Shown piece after piece: positions 25,051 to 35,645 of a stretch of DNA of 64,000 bases. Source of the DNA: a virus (lineage: Duplodnaviria; Caudoviricetes). Positions within the stretch are counted from its first letter, which is position 1; each line of letters opens with the position of its first letter. Location of the stretch: the IMG/VR virus record IMGVR_UViG_3300047539_000055; one strand, written 5' to 3'. The position numbers and the translations under genes were made by a program. The notes under the pieces were generated by a model, which had not been told where the DNA came from, ran no database searches, and was given only the letters and a program-made list of their open reading frames with translations.

Positions 25051-26814
25051 TTAGAATTCAGGTTGTGGACCACCAGCAGGAGCCTTTCCGCCACCACCTT
25101 GACCGCCAGCGGCCTCACCTTCGGTTCCGCCTTGGGCTTCTGCTCCTCCTGGACCTTCAACCTCGCCTTCTGGCAATTCATTTGCATTGAAAGTATCAAG
25201 ATCGGATTGAATACCGCCTGGTGTAATTCCAAGATTACGAGAAGAAATTGGCTCACCATCAATAGCCGTAGCCTCTTCATTTTCTTCACGCCACAACTTC
25301 TGATTTTCCTGCATTTCATCTTGCGTAACGCCAAGATAACGCTGCATCAACCAACGCTTACTGAAATATGGGAAACTTTCAAGTTGTGTAAAGCTTCCAA
25401 TCTTAGCTGAATCAAGTTCTGCTTGACGATAATGAGCAAAATTTTGTGGTGGTTTGAATGTAAGTAGGAACATGCTGGAATCAATATTGACTCCGCACCA
25501 TTTCAAATATGCCTTAAATTCCAAATCAAGCGGGGCGCAAATAAGTCTCTGCAATCTTTGACAATACTGATTGAAACGATATTCCTGAATCAATGCTGTT
25601 CCAACATGACCATCATTCATTGTTGCTGGAGATGCTTCTGGTCCAGATGACGTAATCGACGGTAGATAACTACTTGGAATACGAAGCGCTCGTGTCATTT
25701 TATTATTGAAATAAAGCAAGTCAGCAATTTGATCTAAGTTCTGACCACCCGGCAATTGTTCAACCTTTGAACCACGGCCGGTTGCAGTTGTTGGAAAAAA
25801 GAAGTCGGCATTAGGAGCCAACGAAAAATAAGTTGAATCCATAAAATGTTGATTTTCACCAAACGATGGAATACGGCGTTGGTGAATTTCATTCTTGACT
25901 TTTTCAATGAACGCCATAGCAAGATGGCTTGGCATTTCACCAACATCAATAGTGAATACGCGACGTTCAGGTGCGCGTTGCACACGATAGATTACAATAC
26001 TGTCTTCAAGCAATTCCTTTTGTTTGAAAACTTTGAAAACCATTTCCAAAATGCTTGTTCCAAAAGGCCAGTTAGGGTCTAACCCTTCGGTAAGAGACAA
26101 ATGTAATACATGCTGGGCTTCAATGGCATGTTCGTTCTGACCATGAGTGAATCGGCTGTTGCTACTATTTGGAGAGTTTGCCGTATTGTATCCACCAGCG
26201 GGAGCAACACCGGGTCCACTAGGAACAACATTATACATATTTTGAGATGAAACTTGGGTGACTGTCAGGTTTTGAAAATTTGGGTTTATGTTTCTAATGA
26301 TGTATTGCTCTGGCTTCTTACCCTTGCTTTCGTTTACAATAACCTTGATTACATTGTCCATTTCAACATAGAACAATTGAAAGGTTTCTGGATCACGCAA
26401 AAATACTTGATCGCCATATTTCAATACATTACGAAACATCTTGAAGGCACGTTTGCTGAACTCATTGAGATAATACCAATTTGAAAGACGCTCTTTGATA
26501 ATTTTAGATTCTGTTTCTGTTGGAGGTTCCTTATATTGAACATCAAAACAAACTTGATCATCTTCGCCACTTTGCGTGCTAAACTCTGCAAGGATATCCA
26601 ATGCTGAATTGATTTCACTATCTTGATCCATGCTTTCAAAATTTTGGTATCGCTCAATTCTATTTGGGCAACCCATATAACTCTCTTGAAGCAGATTTGG
26701 GTAGTTCATTACACCTTGACCAGCATCCGTGCTAGAGGAATGACCCCCTCGACGAGATAATGGACTCATGTTACCTTGATTTTTTGCAGACCGGAAATAC
26801 TTTTTCCACGCCAA
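25051..26814 (-). CDS. gp20: Portal vertex protein (gp20-like)
   Basis: LEDSIVIYRVQRAPERRVFTIDVG.MP, LPGGQNL, LRIPSSYL. Confidence 0.95.
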   Translation of the reverse strand: MAWKKYFRSAKNQGNMSPLSRRGGHSSSTDAGQGVMNYPNLLQESYMGCPNRIERYQNFESMDQDSEINSALDILAEFSTQSGEDDQVCFDVQYKEPPTETESKIIKERLSNWYYLNEFSKRAFKMFRNVLKYGDQVFLRDPETFQLFYVEMDNVIKVIVNESKGKKPEQYIIRNINPNFQNLTVTQVSSQNMYNVVPSGPGVAPAGGYNTANSPNSSNSRFTHGQNEHAIEAQHVLHLSLTEGLDPNWPFGTSILEMVFKVFKQKELLEDSIVIYRVQRAPERRVFTIDVGEMPSHLAMAFIEKVKNEIHQRRIPSFGENQHFMDSTYFSLAPNADFFFPTTATGRGSKVEQLPGGQNLDQIADLLYFNNKMTRALRIPSSYLPSITSSGPEASPATMNDGHVGTALIQEYRFNQYCQRLQRLICAPLDLEFKAYLKWCGVNIDSSMFLLTFKPPQNFAHYRQAELDSAKIGSFTQLESFPYFSKRWLMQRYLGVTQDEMQENQKLWREENEEATAIDGEPISSRNLGITPGGIQSDLDTFNANELPEGEVEGPGGAEAQGGTEGEAAGGQGGGGKAPAGGPQPEF

Positions 26815-26856
26815 AATACACCCCTTTTCAACTACTACTCTATTTACTTCTTCTTA

Positions 26857-29205
26857 TTATACATTGTTCGCTATCAATCTTAATGGTTTTACACTTGCAC
26901 CAGTATTTTCCTTTACTGAGGACAAAATATCAGTGTTATTCTTAAAAGTCTCCAACATACTTTTTAATGTATCATGAACATCGCCCAAAGAAGCAGTATT
27001 TTCTGTGGGGGCCGCAGCATTCTTACTATTAAGTTCCGCAGCAAGTTTATCTTCTTTTTTGTTTTTGAAATGATTAGTCAAATCATTGGATGGAGTTGCG
27101 GTAGTTGTTGGTGAATTTCCGAGCATTTCTCCAGTACTTCCTGAAAGAGACACGTCCGGCATTGTAATATGAAACCAACTAGCAATTCTTCGAATACCTT
27201 GATAGATATCATAAAATGCCATAACTATAATACCAAACACAACACCAAGTGCTATAGCTGCACCAGTCAAAGCAAAAGAAATTGCAGCAAAAATCACACC
27301 AATTGCTATAAAACCTGGTAACAATAGAGCAGCAATAACTACTGCTATATCTTTTACTGTTTGCCAATTTTTCATGGTCCATGCAACAATTTCTCCGAGA
27401 ACTTGGACAATCTTGATAGAGAATTTTACAGTATCAACAATGGTTTGTATAAATGCCATAATGTCTTTTTTGAAATCAACGCCTTTTACCCACGATGTAA
27501 ATTCTCCAACTATTCCCATTAACATAGTAACAATCTCATTTAATGGTGTCGCACTACCTCTCAAACTTCTAGTAATCTGATCAATAACTGGAGAAACCGC
27601 TTCTATCAAAGGTCCGATAACTTTTTCGGTCAATGCGTCAACCAATTTAGTCATTATGTTACTAAAATCCAGCATACTCTTAGAAGTTTTTTCTGTTGAC
27701 TGCGCGTGTTCTCTGGATGCTGCCATCGCTTTCTTCAACATATTTTCATCAAATTGTCCATTTGTAAAAAAGGCTTGAGTATTTTTCAACAACTCTTTTT
27801 GTGCTGCGGCGATATCTGCACCGACTGGCAAACCGGCTGAAGTAGCTGAAATCAAAGTTTCAAATGATTGACCAGCGGCTAATCCAGTTTTTACCATATC
27901 CGCTGTAATAGCATCCAATTTTGATCCGAGTGCTGGTCCTCCTGCTTTAACAGCAGCAGTCATTCTTTCAAATTCACTTGATAATCCAGGGGTTGTGGCT
28001 ATAATAGTTTGTAACTCTTTGGTCAATGGCGGGATTCCCAACACACTCAATTTATATAACTGAGCATATACCCCACCAGCAGCACTGTTTACTTCGCCTA
28101 ATGCCATCGCATAATTCTTGGATTCTTCCCCACTCATATGGGTCATCTTTTGTTGCCAAGCGGCATCTTCAGTAAGTTTAGCTAAATCTGCTTCTTGCGA
28201 ATCACGAGATTTTCCAGTCAAATCAGCCATAGCTTGAAATTGTGTAATAAGTTCAATTGTACTTTTTGTTAAATCTCTTTCAGATGCTCCATGAGCCTTT
28301 GCGGAAGCTCCAAATAAAGGGAAAATTTTCAAACTTTCTTCGCTAAATTGAGCAAAAGAAATACCCAAATCAGATAATTGTCCAGAAAGTGCATCTGATT
28401 CCATAACCATTTTAGTAATATGCTTATGTACGTCCACTCCTGCCATTACTGAACCAAAAGTTGCTAACCCACTAACATTTTCTTTAATTACTCGCGAATA
28501 TTCGGATACTGATAATCCAGCATCAGCCGCACTTTCAACCAAATTCATTATACTACCATTAAAATATGCACCACTCTTTGATAAATCAATCAATGATTTA
28601 TTCCACGAATCAAGAATAGTTATTCCTTCTGCTAACAATTTTGTAAAAAATCCAAGGATTGGAATAGATTCAGTTCCTCTCGCAAGAGCATTCACATAAT
28701 CGGTCATGGCAGTTTTACCAGAAAAAAGCGCTCCTGTAAAATTGCCAGCTACACTAAAAAGTGAAGTAATTGTTCTGGAAATCAAATTCAAACCAGCTTG
28801 AAATACTGCCAAAACTGCCGTGATTGCTTTAAACGCTGCATATACCAAAATAAGTTCTGGTGTTAATTCCACAAGGTCTATCAGCATATCGCCAAATGGA
28901 AGAAGGGCTTTCAATGTCGGACCCACAATACCGGCCGCCACACTAGCTGCCTTTCCACCAGCTACCACTTCGCCACCAGCGACACCACCAACGGCACCCC
29001 CAAACAAATTTTGCATCCATTTTTCAAGTTTGGTTTGATGTTTTTCGGTTTTCTTGTCAAGATTATCAGCAGAAACTCTTGTTCCAGTAGAAAAAGTTTT
29101 AATCAAGTCAAGAATAGCAAGCAACGTTGTTTCGGTGGAGAAATTCTCAGCCGTAATATCTCCAACGGTACTATTCTGTATTTTGATACGAACTGTTTCC
29201 GCCAT
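26857..29205 (-). CDS. Tape-measure-like tail protein
   Basis: Long Ala-rich helical protein with hydrophobic segments, divergent from baseplate hub genes. Confidence 0.65.
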   Translation of the reverse strand: MAETVRIKIQNSTVGDITAENFSTETTLLAILDLIKTFSTGTRVSADNLDKKTEKHQTKLEKWMQNLFGGAVGGVAGGEVVAGGKAASVAAGIVGPTLKALLPFGDMLIDLVELTPELILVYAAFKAITAVLAVFQAGLNLISRTITSLFSVAGNFTGALFSGKTAMTDYVNALARGTESIPILGFFTKLLAEGITILDSWNKSLIDLSKSGAYFNGSIMNLVESAADAGLSVSEYSRVIKENVSGLATFGSVMAGVDVHKHITKMVMESDALSGQLSDLGISFAQFSEESLKIFPLFGASAKAHGASERDLTKSTIELITQFQAMADLTGKSRDSQEADLAKLTEDAAWQQKMTHMSGEESKNYAMALGEVNSAAGGVYAQLYKLSVLGIPPLTKELQTIIATTPGLSSEFERMTAAVKAGGPALGSKLDAITADMVKTGLAAGQSFETLISATSAGLPVGADIAAAQKELLKNTQAFFTNGQFDENMLKKAMAASREHAQSTEKTSKSMLDFSNIMTKLVDALTEKVIGPLIEAVSPVIDQITRSLRGSATPLNEIVTMLMGIVGEFTSWVKGVDFKKDIMAFIQTIVDTVKFSIKIVQVLGEIVAWTMKNWQTVKDIAVVIAALLLPGFIAIGVIFAAISFALTGAAIALGVVFGIIVMAFYDIYQGIRRIASWFHITMPDVSLSGSTGEMLGNSPTTTATPSNDLTNHFKNKKEDKLAAELNSKNAAAPTENTASLGDVHDTLKSMLETFKNNTDILSSVKENTGASVKPLRLIANNV

Positions 29206-29275
29206 TATTTCACCGTAGACATCTTTTCTGTATTTAGCATAGTTTTATACAGATAAATATTAGTAGGAGTAACAT

Positions 29276-30292
29276 ATGACAACTCGTTCCAAGCAGTTTC
29301 CAGCACCACAATCGGCATCTACAATTCCAACTGGGCCACTTAAGCAATATCATCAAAAAGAAGAACCTCAAACACAAGCTAATCCCCTAAGTGCTTTCTT
29401 TAGAAAGAGTAAACTATCATTGACCTTACCAAGCCATGGAAATTGGTATCCAAAAAATAGTGTAAACTATGATACAGTGGGTAAATTGTCTGTTTTTGCC
29501 ATGACCGCCTCAGACGATATCAAGTTTCGTACTGGTGATGCCACAATGACTGGCAAAAATATTTATGAAGTTGTTCAAAGTTGTGTTCCAGGAATTACAA
29601 TTCCAAATCAAATTCCACACATCGACATTGATGCCATCTTGTTAGCCATTCGTGTTGCAAGCTATGGATCAAATTTCAATTTTACCGTAAGCGTTCCACA
29701 AACAACTCTCACTCGGTCTATGGAAATAGACGCCAACGCACTTCTTGATGAACTTACACATCGCACAGATCATTGGGAAGAAGATTTGAATGTTGTAGAT
29801 GAAACTGGTCAAACTTTATCACTAGTAATCACACCAATTCCAATGGCAAACTTATTTGCAACATCGAAAAATATCTTTCAACTACGCAAGGCATTGACCA
29901 AAAATTTTGATGCTGATGAAAATATCAAAAACGAAAGCGAATTCAACATTAGCATGTCTACATTGACTCTTAGTGCCATTGATTTGTTGAGTACCAGCAT
30001 CAGACGATTAAGTATCACCGATCCTGCAAACAAAGTATTACTAACACTAGATGCAGAACTTCCACAAGACTCGGCACAAATCAAGCAAACCATTCATCAA
30101 TTGGATATTGCTTATTTCAATGCGATTCGCGATCATATTGATGCTCAACGAAAGAAATATGTTTTCTATTCTCCAGAACAAATCAGCACCGAGAAAGAAA
30201 TCAACGCGGGTGCCCCAGCTACATGGACAACAGAATTGACCTTCATGGGAAGCGACTTCTTGCCGGAGAATACCACAAAAGAGCTAATCTAA
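29276..30292 (+). CDS. Baseplate hub subunit (gp26-like)
   Basis: NPL..FFR...LTLPS.G.WY, AMT..DDI, SCVP, DIDAILLAIR.ASYG. Confidence 0.7.
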   Translation: MTTRSKQFPAPQSASTIPTGPLKQYHQKEEPQTQANPLSAFFRKSKLSLTLPSHGNWYPKNSVNYDTVGKLSVFAMTASDDIKFRTGDATMTGKNIYEVVQSCVPGITIPNQIPHIDIDAILLAIRVASYGSNFNFTVSVPQTTLTRSMEIDANALLDELTHRTDHWEEDLNVVDETGQTLSLVITPIPMANLFATSKNIFQLRKALTKNFDADENIKNESEFNISMSTLTLSAIDLLSTSIRRLSITDPANKVLLTLDAELPQDSAQIKQTIHQLDIAYFNAIRDHIDAQRKKYVFYSPEQISTEKEINAGAPATWTTELTFMGSDFLPENTTKELI

Positions 30293-30293
30293 T

Positions 30294-31310
30294 ATGAACA
30301 AGCCAGTTTTCAATCGGCCAGTCTTATACACATCATTGCTCAGCGAACAAATAATGGATGTAAATGGAAATCATGCCATCTATTCATCTGTTGTAGCCGA
30401 CGAGTTTACAATTCGAACGCCAGATGCCTTACTGAATGGCTTGGCAACTCAGTTGTATATTCAAAATTGTGTTCCGGATCTTATCAACCCAGGAAAGATA
30501 CAATTATGTGATATTCAACAATTGCTTGCCAGCATAAAAATAGCCTCACAAGGGGCCAATTTAGAGGTGCTTTTGAGGTGTCCACACTGCAAAGCAAATG
30601 ATCCTTATGAAATCAACTTACAACAAAGCACTCCGTTTTTGAGCGCTAAAAAATGGTTCTCTCCACTAACCATTGACAATTTTGTGATAACCTTTCGCTC
30701 TCCAACATACGAAGAGTTCACTCACTTCTCCATTGAAGAGTTCAAAATATCCAAACAACTATACCAAATATCCATAATGGAAACTCCAGATGATTACAAT
30801 GATGCAATTGCGTCATTGCTGTCCCAAAAGATAAAATTAAATTTGGATTTTGAAACTCTTTGTATTAGTAGCGTTGCCATAGATGAAAATACAACTGTAA
30901 TCAACCATAACCATATCGTAGAATGGTTTAGTCAATGCGAAATATTCATTCAAAAACAAATACTTGAGTATCTTGATGCAGCCAAGAAAGAAGGATGGTT
31001 GACTGATTTTTCAATTGATTGCTCTGAATGTAAGAAAAATTTTAAAGTACCGATTGACCTTGATCCTTGTGTTCAATTCAGAAATCAACTTATTTCTGCA
31101 AGCGAAAGTGAAGTGATTGACATTATCAAGCGCTATGGAGAGGAAACCAAAGCATTATCCAACGACCTCTTGAAAATGTGTCGCTATATGCATGGCAGCA
31201 TTTCTTATTCAGAAGCATATGCCCTAACCACGCACGAGCGCGAATGCATAGCCAAAATTATCGAAGACAATATTGAACTAACTAAGGAATCTGGAATGTC
31301 GTTCATGTAA
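30294..31310 (+). CDS. Baseplate hub protein (gp26-like fused to gp51-like tail)
   Basis: TPDALLNG, CPHC, C-terminal YMHGSISYSEAY.LT..ER. Confidence 0.65.
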   Translation: MNKPVFNRPVLYTSLLSEQIMDVNGNHAIYSSVVADEFTIRTPDALLNGLATQLYIQNCVPDLINPGKIQLCDIQQLLASIKIASQGANLEVLLRCPHCKANDPYEINLQQSTPFLSAKKWFSPLTIDNFVITFRSPTYEEFTHFSIEEFKISKQLYQISIMETPDDYNDAIASLLSQKIKLNLDFETLCISSVAIDENTTVINHNHIVEWFSQCEIFIQKQILEYLDAAKKEGWLTDFSIDCSECKKNFKVPIDLDPCVQFRNQLISASESEVIDIIKRYGEETKALSNDLLKMCRYMHGSISYSEAYALTTHERECIAKIIEDNIELTKESGMSFM

Positions 31311-31317
31311 AACACTA

Positions 31318-31342
31318 AACCCGACCTTTGCAGGCCGGGTTC
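31318..31342. terminator. Hairpin between convergent genes
   Basis: AACCCGACC-TTTGCA-GGCCGGGTT. Confidence 0.5.
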
Positions 31343-31347
31343 ATTGA

Positions 31348-32091
31348 TTACTTGGTTTGTAACTTTTTCAAACCAGTTCCCTTTGGACGACCTGGACCAC
31401 GTTGTAGCAAACTTGGATAAAGCTGATCTGCTTTCTTAGCCAAAAGTTTTGCTTGTTCCAATAACTGAGAAGCGACTGCACGAAGATTTTCACCTTGTGC
31501 GCGTAAGTCAGCACTTGCAATCTGTGGTTCAACTGCAAATTTATGTGTTTCTTTTCTAAGGTCTTCCACATTATCAAAATGAGGAATTGGTTGTTTGACT
31601 GGGTATGAAGGACTGCCACGCTGTTCAACGGCTTCTGCAACTGGAGGGGTTGTTGCTCTGGCTGTTGCAGACTTGGTTTTGCGATTCAATCCCTTGTTTT
31701 CCTCAAAGTCTTCGAGTTTTTTCAAAGCATCGCCGCCATTCTCAATTTTTGTGAGATACTCGTTGAGTTCATTGAGTCTGATTTTATTGCTGGATTCGTA
31801 ACCAAATGGAGTTGCGAACACTTGGTTCGCAGGAACTTTCTTCAAATGTCCCTCAGAATGAAGAACAAAACCCAAATTTCTATGATCTTCCAAAAATACA
31901 TTTTCAAGAACAGTTGCAAATTCCTTTGCTTCCTGACCTTCGGGAGTATCAAGAGCCGCCTTTAGTGCCTGATAATAGCGGGGTGGAAGTTTATCATCGT
32001 AAACCACAAGTGCCATATGATCTTCATTTGGCATTTTGTTCAAAATAATTGTAATTTTTTGGGCATTAAATAGCCCTACGTGTTTCTTCAT
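31348..32091 (-). CDS. Hypothetical protein
   Basis: AGGAG RBS before MKKHVG; LH.EG.LKKVP...TP...IRLNELN; AT-hook-like GRPK tail. Confidence 0.7.
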   Translation of the reverse strand: MKKHVGLFNAQKITIILNKMPNEDHMALVVYDDKLPPRYYQALKAALDTPEGQEAKEFATVLENVFLEDHRNLGFVLHSEGHLKKVPANQVFATPFGYESSNKIRLNELNEYLTKIENGGDALKKLEDFEENKGLNRKTKSATARATTPPVAEAVEQRGSPSYPVKQPIPHFDNVEDLRKETHKFAVEPQIASADLRAQGENLRAVASQLLEQAKLLAKKADQLYPSLLQRGPGRPKGTGLKKLQTK

Positions 32092-32186
32092 TGTAAATCT
32101 CCTGGCGTATTTTCCTACGCGCAAGTATTTAGCATCGGAAACAAAAATTAGGCAATTATAATTCATAATTATTTGGTTTTTGACAC

Positions 32187-32219
32187 AAAAAAGTTGACCC
32201 ACTCGTAAAAGTGGGTCAA
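32187..32219 (-). terminator. Intrinsic terminator after the vWA gene
   Basis: TTGACCCACT/AGTGGGTCAA followed by CTTTTTT. Confidence 0.75.
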
Positions 32220-32253
32220 AAGTCGGACAAGTAAAACAAATTAATGGAGAAAC

Positions 32254-33615
32254 TTATTCATCGGCAGTGGTGTTATCGTCAAAGTAAGCGTGCATTCCAA
32301 ACGGAGGAACCACATTTGAACCCTTGAGAATCCAAACTGTTGGGCAATAATTTTCATCGCCAAAGTCGCCAACATAACCATCTGTGAAGATTACAAGCCT
32401 TTCAGGAACAAAACCTTCATCCTTCATATAGCGGAAGATTGCTCCACCATCTGTACCGCCGCCACCTAGTGGAATGTAAGAGCAAATATTTTCGCCATTT
32501 TCACTGGTAAAAGTTTGATCTGCATAACACTTGGTATCAAAACAGAAAACGCGAATCTCATACATTGGATATTGTTGCATGATTCCAGCAACTTCTGAAA
32601 GAAATTCCTGAACCATTTTCGGTGTAATACTTCCAGACATATCCAAAGCACATGCAATCTTCAGCATTGGCATTTCAGTCATACCAGGAAGTATGCAATC
32701 CAAATCCCATCCCTTACGATTGACGCGAAGAAAACTGTAATCGGCAGGAACGATGCTGTTAAGCTGGCACTGAAGTAATTCTTTCCAGTTCATCTTTGGT
32801 GCAAGCAAATCATTGACGAGTCGCTGAACACCCGCTGGAAGATTACCAATTCCAGTAAGATTTGCTGAATTGATGATATTCTGCTTGAGTTCGGCCTTGA
32901 GTTGCTTACGCTCCTCTTCAGTCATCTTTGCAGGGCCACTAGGACTAGGGCCGTTGCCTTCCTTACCATCTTTACTTTTGCTGGAATTATTACCGTTGAG
33001 ATGCTCATCCAAAAGTTTGTCAAGCATATCGTCAAGAGATTTTCCAGCGTTCGGATCATTCTTCTGCTTTTTCAGAAGATCGTCATAAACCTTTTCACTA
33101 CTCCAGCCACGATATTTAAGATCGTGCAATCCTGGAACTGTCGTGGGGAATGTGCCAACCTTGGCAAGAATCAATTCATCATTGACAATGTAATCTTGCG
33201 CACAATTTGCAAGCTGATGATCCATGCCATAATCAGTTGTACGGCAAATGTGATCGTAAACCATATGCAAAACTTCATGCGCAAGAACGAAAACCAATTC
33301 ATCCATTTCAAGCGCATTCACAAAAGCGTGATTGTAATACATATATTTGCCGTCAACGGCCATTGTAGAAAGCCAAGAATCGGCAGGAAAAATTTGGAGA
33401 CGAGAAATAAGCGTACCAAAAAACGGCTGTTGGAAAAGCATCTTCACACGAGCCCTGATAATCTTGGTTTCTACTATCTTATGAAAATCTTTGGGAATTG
33501 GTTCATCGGTAAGACGGCAAGCCTTCTGAGCCTTCAAGTCTTCTGCACTAGCAGTCGCCATTGTCAACATATTGATTTGGTCTGCTGTGATTACGGGAGT
33601 GATGCTATTTCTCAT
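32254..33615 (-). CDS. Metallopeptidase (HExxH) plus vWA protein (DUF2201-like)
   Basis: AHEVLH; MIDAS DMSGS, GGGGTD, FTDG. Confidence 0.9.
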   Translation of the reverse strand: MRNSITPVITADQINMLTMATASAEDLKAQKACRLTDEPIPKDFHKIVETKIIRARVKMLFQQPFFGTLISRLQIFPADSWLSTMAVDGKYMYYNHAFVNALEMDELVFVLAHEVLHMVYDHICRTTDYGMDHQLANCAQDYIVNDELILAKVGTFPTTVPGLHDLKYRGWSSEKVYDDLLKKQKNDPNAGKSLDDMLDKLLDEHLNGNNSSKSKDGKEGNGPSPSGPAKMTEEERKQLKAELKQNIINSANLTGIGNLPAGVQRLVNDLLAPKMNWKELLQCQLNSIVPADYSFLRVNRKGWDLDCILPGMTEMPMLKIACALDMSGSITPKMVQEFLSEVAGIMQQYPMYEIRVFCFDTKCYADQTFTSENGENICSYIPLGGGGTDGGAIFRYMKDEGFVPERLVIFTDGYVGDFGDENYCPTVWILKGSNVVPPFGMHAYFDDNTTADE

Positions 33616-33621
33616 ATTCTT

Positions 33622-33649
33622 ATTATACCACTTTCATAGGAAAAAGCAA
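33622..33649 (-). promoter_or_regulatory. Sigma70-type promoter, probably giving a leaderless mRNA
   Basis: TTGCTT, 16-nt spacer, TATAAT; ATG begins 7 nt after the -10 box. Confidence 0.5.
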
Positions 33650-33873
33650 CTGTTTTTACAACTGATCTAAATGCCGTTTTAAGGGGTTTCTAACTCAAAA
33701 CCATGCTAGGACACGTCCAAACCCCTTAGAGCCTCAAATACGTCGAATTCCACTTTTTTGACCCTTTAGAATCAGTAAGTTGGAAATGCTAATTTACAGG
33801 TCAGATAGCTAAAATATAAGAGTGGCACCGTAACCAAGAATTCAGTCAAAACCATTGTTACGGCGGTCTAGGC

Positions 33874-33969
33874 CACCCCTAAACTGTTGAAAAGGGTTGG
33901 GTTAGGGGTAGTCCATAGCGGCCAATTATGAACATCGCTAAGTCATTACGACTACCCCTAAACTGTTGA
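33874..33969. repeat. Direct repeat ACCCCTAAACTGTTGA x2 with an intervening complementary TTAGGGG
   Basis: Copies at ~33875-33890 and ~33954-33969. Confidence 0.6.
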
Positions 33970-33974
33970 TTCTA

Positions 33975-35192
33975 TTATGCTTCCTTCATATACGGGAAGT
34001 AGCACTCGGCCATTTTCGGCCACGTCTTCAACTTCGTCATATCAGTACTAGACGAAAAGTTGTAGTTTGAAACTGCCATTCTCATTGCCATAATTCCGAT
34101 TTCCAAAGAAATCTGACCAATGATGAAGGTGTTGAAAGTATCAAACATACGCACCCACTCAGTCTCCAACTTTGGAGAGTTCCACTTTCTCTGCGGAACC
34201 TTCTTGTTGTTGCCGACGACAGTAAACGAATCAAGCAAAGTCGTATTGCTATGCCAGTAATCGCGCATCTCATACAGCATGTTGATGATCAGTTGATAGT
34301 GAGCGGAAATCTCCTTTGTCTTGATTTCCTTCACCTTGCCGCTCAGAATATCGCAAGCCTTCGGCAAATTCTTGCCAACCTTGAGAAAATTCATATACTT
34401 TACTGCGGAACCATCGCCAACGGCAGAACCAACCAAACTACGAATTTCACTGTCTGACATTGGATCTTCGGGTGTATCCGTGGAAAGCAACTTGCTTACA
34501 AACTCCCAAGAACGGGGAGTTGGAAAACTCTTGCTTGCGCTGTTCGGATCAAAATCGTACAATTCACCCTTATTAGTTGTGATATATGCGATAACATCAG
34601 AATGGATGTTGGACGCAAGCGCCCAGTCAAGCCAGCTAAAAAAATCAACCTTTAGATCAAAGTGAAGCAGACGGTTTGCAAGCGGAGCGGCGAGGCGGTA
34701 AGTAACGCCACGGTCACTATCACGGTTTCCAGCCGCAAAAACTACGCAATTGTCAGGGAGAACATAATCGCCGCAACGACGATCAAGGACGAGTTCATAC
34801 GCAGCCGCCTGAACTGCTGGCGGTGCAGAATTCATTTCGTCAAGAAAGAGAACAACAGTCTTATACTTCTTTGCAGTTGCTTCAGAAGGAAGACGAGACG
34901 GAGGCGCAAACTTCATGGTACGGCTTGTCTCAAAGCCAGTAACAGGATCAAAAGTCTTGTCAAGATAAGGAATGCCGATAATGTCAGTAGGAGACATTTG
35001 GCTGAGACGCATATCAAAACAGATACCGCCCTCTTCCTTGGCTAAAGCCTGAATAATAGACGACTTACCAACACCTGGTCCAGCCCATAGAAAGGCAGGA
35101 AGTTTAACTCTCATACAACGCTTCAAACGCGGGATGAGTTCGTTGATAGTTAATTCTTCTCTCGTGTTTACGGCTTCTGAACGGGTTGCCAT
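33975..35192 (-). CDS. MoxR-like AAA+ ATPase
   Basis: Walker A GPGVGKS, Walker B LFLDEMN, AAGN, LANR, TPRSW. Confidence 0.92.
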   Translation of the reverse strand: MATRSEAVNTREELTINELIPRLKRCMRVKLPAFLWAGPGVGKSSIIQALAKEEGGICFDMRLSQMSPTDIIGIPYLDKTFDPVTGFETSRTMKFAPPSRLPSEATAKKYKTVVLFLDEMNSAPPAVQAAAYELVLDRRCGDYVLPDNCVVFAAGNRDSDRGVTYRLAAPLANRLLHFDLKVDFFSWLDWALASNIHSDVIAYITTNKGELYDFDPNSASKSFPTPRSWEFVSKLLSTDTPEDPMSDSEIRSLVGSAVGDGSAVKYMNFLKVGKNLPKACDILSGKVKEIKTKEISAHYQLIINMLYEMRDYWHSNTTLLDSFTVVGNNKKVPQRKWNSPKLETEWVRMFDTFNTFIIGQISLEIGIMAMRMAVSNYNFSSSTDMTKLKTWPKMAECYFPYMKEA

Positions 35193-35229
35193 TATGTTTA
35201 ATTTCCTTTCGGTTTCTTGCTACTGTTTT

Positions 35230-35258
35230 ATAATAGCAAGGTTTGGTATATTTGTCAA
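35230..35258 (-). promoter_or_regulatory. Sigma70-type promoter
   Basis: TTGACA, 17-nt spacer, TATTAT with TG extension. Confidence 0.75.
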
Positions 35259-35278
35259 TAGCAAATCTGTGGAAAACT

Positions 35279-35386
35279 TTACTTTCTTGTAGAAATCTTT
35301 GCCAGTACAAGACGATACTTGTATTGCAAAAGCAAAATCGGAGTCATTACAACAGTTGCAATGCTCAATCCAAGCAGAACGGTCAT
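35279..35386 (-). CDS. Small hydrophobic peptide (35 aa)
   Basis: GAGG RBS; MTVLLGLSIATVVMTPILLLQYKYRLVLAKISTRK. Confidence 0.45.
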   Translation of the reverse strand: MTVLLGLSIATVVMTPILLLQYKYRLVLAKISTRK

Positions 35387-35530
35387 GTTTTCCTCTCATT
35401 TACAAATCAAAACAAATTGCCCCGTTACAATCTCATAATCTACCTGAACCCCATACACCAAACGATTCAGTTAAGTGCTATCCATCATGAAGCGGGTTTA
35501 CTTGTGTTGATTCTTCTCAACTACAAATAT

Positions 35531-35559
35531 AGTATAGCAAATCCCAAACCAAAAGTCAA
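35531..35559 (-). promoter_or_regulatory. Sigma70-type promoter
   Basis: TTGACT, 17-nt spacer, TATACT with TG extension. Confidence 0.75.
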
Positions 35560-35591
35560 GATAAAAATAAACCCTTTGTTTTCATATACAT

Positions 35592-35615
35592 AAAGAGGTC
35601 CAAACGGACCTCTTT
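35592..35615. terminator. Hairpin terminator
   Basis: AAAGAGGTCC-AAAC-GGACCTCTTT. Confidence 0.65.
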
Positions 35616-35645
35616 CTATGCGAATCGTCAAATTTTATTACATTC

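Noticed and set aside
32902-33639. 245-aa + strand ORF
   Set aside because: Shadow frame antisense to the vWA gene; the same applies to other antisense ORFs over gp23, ClpA and the polymerase
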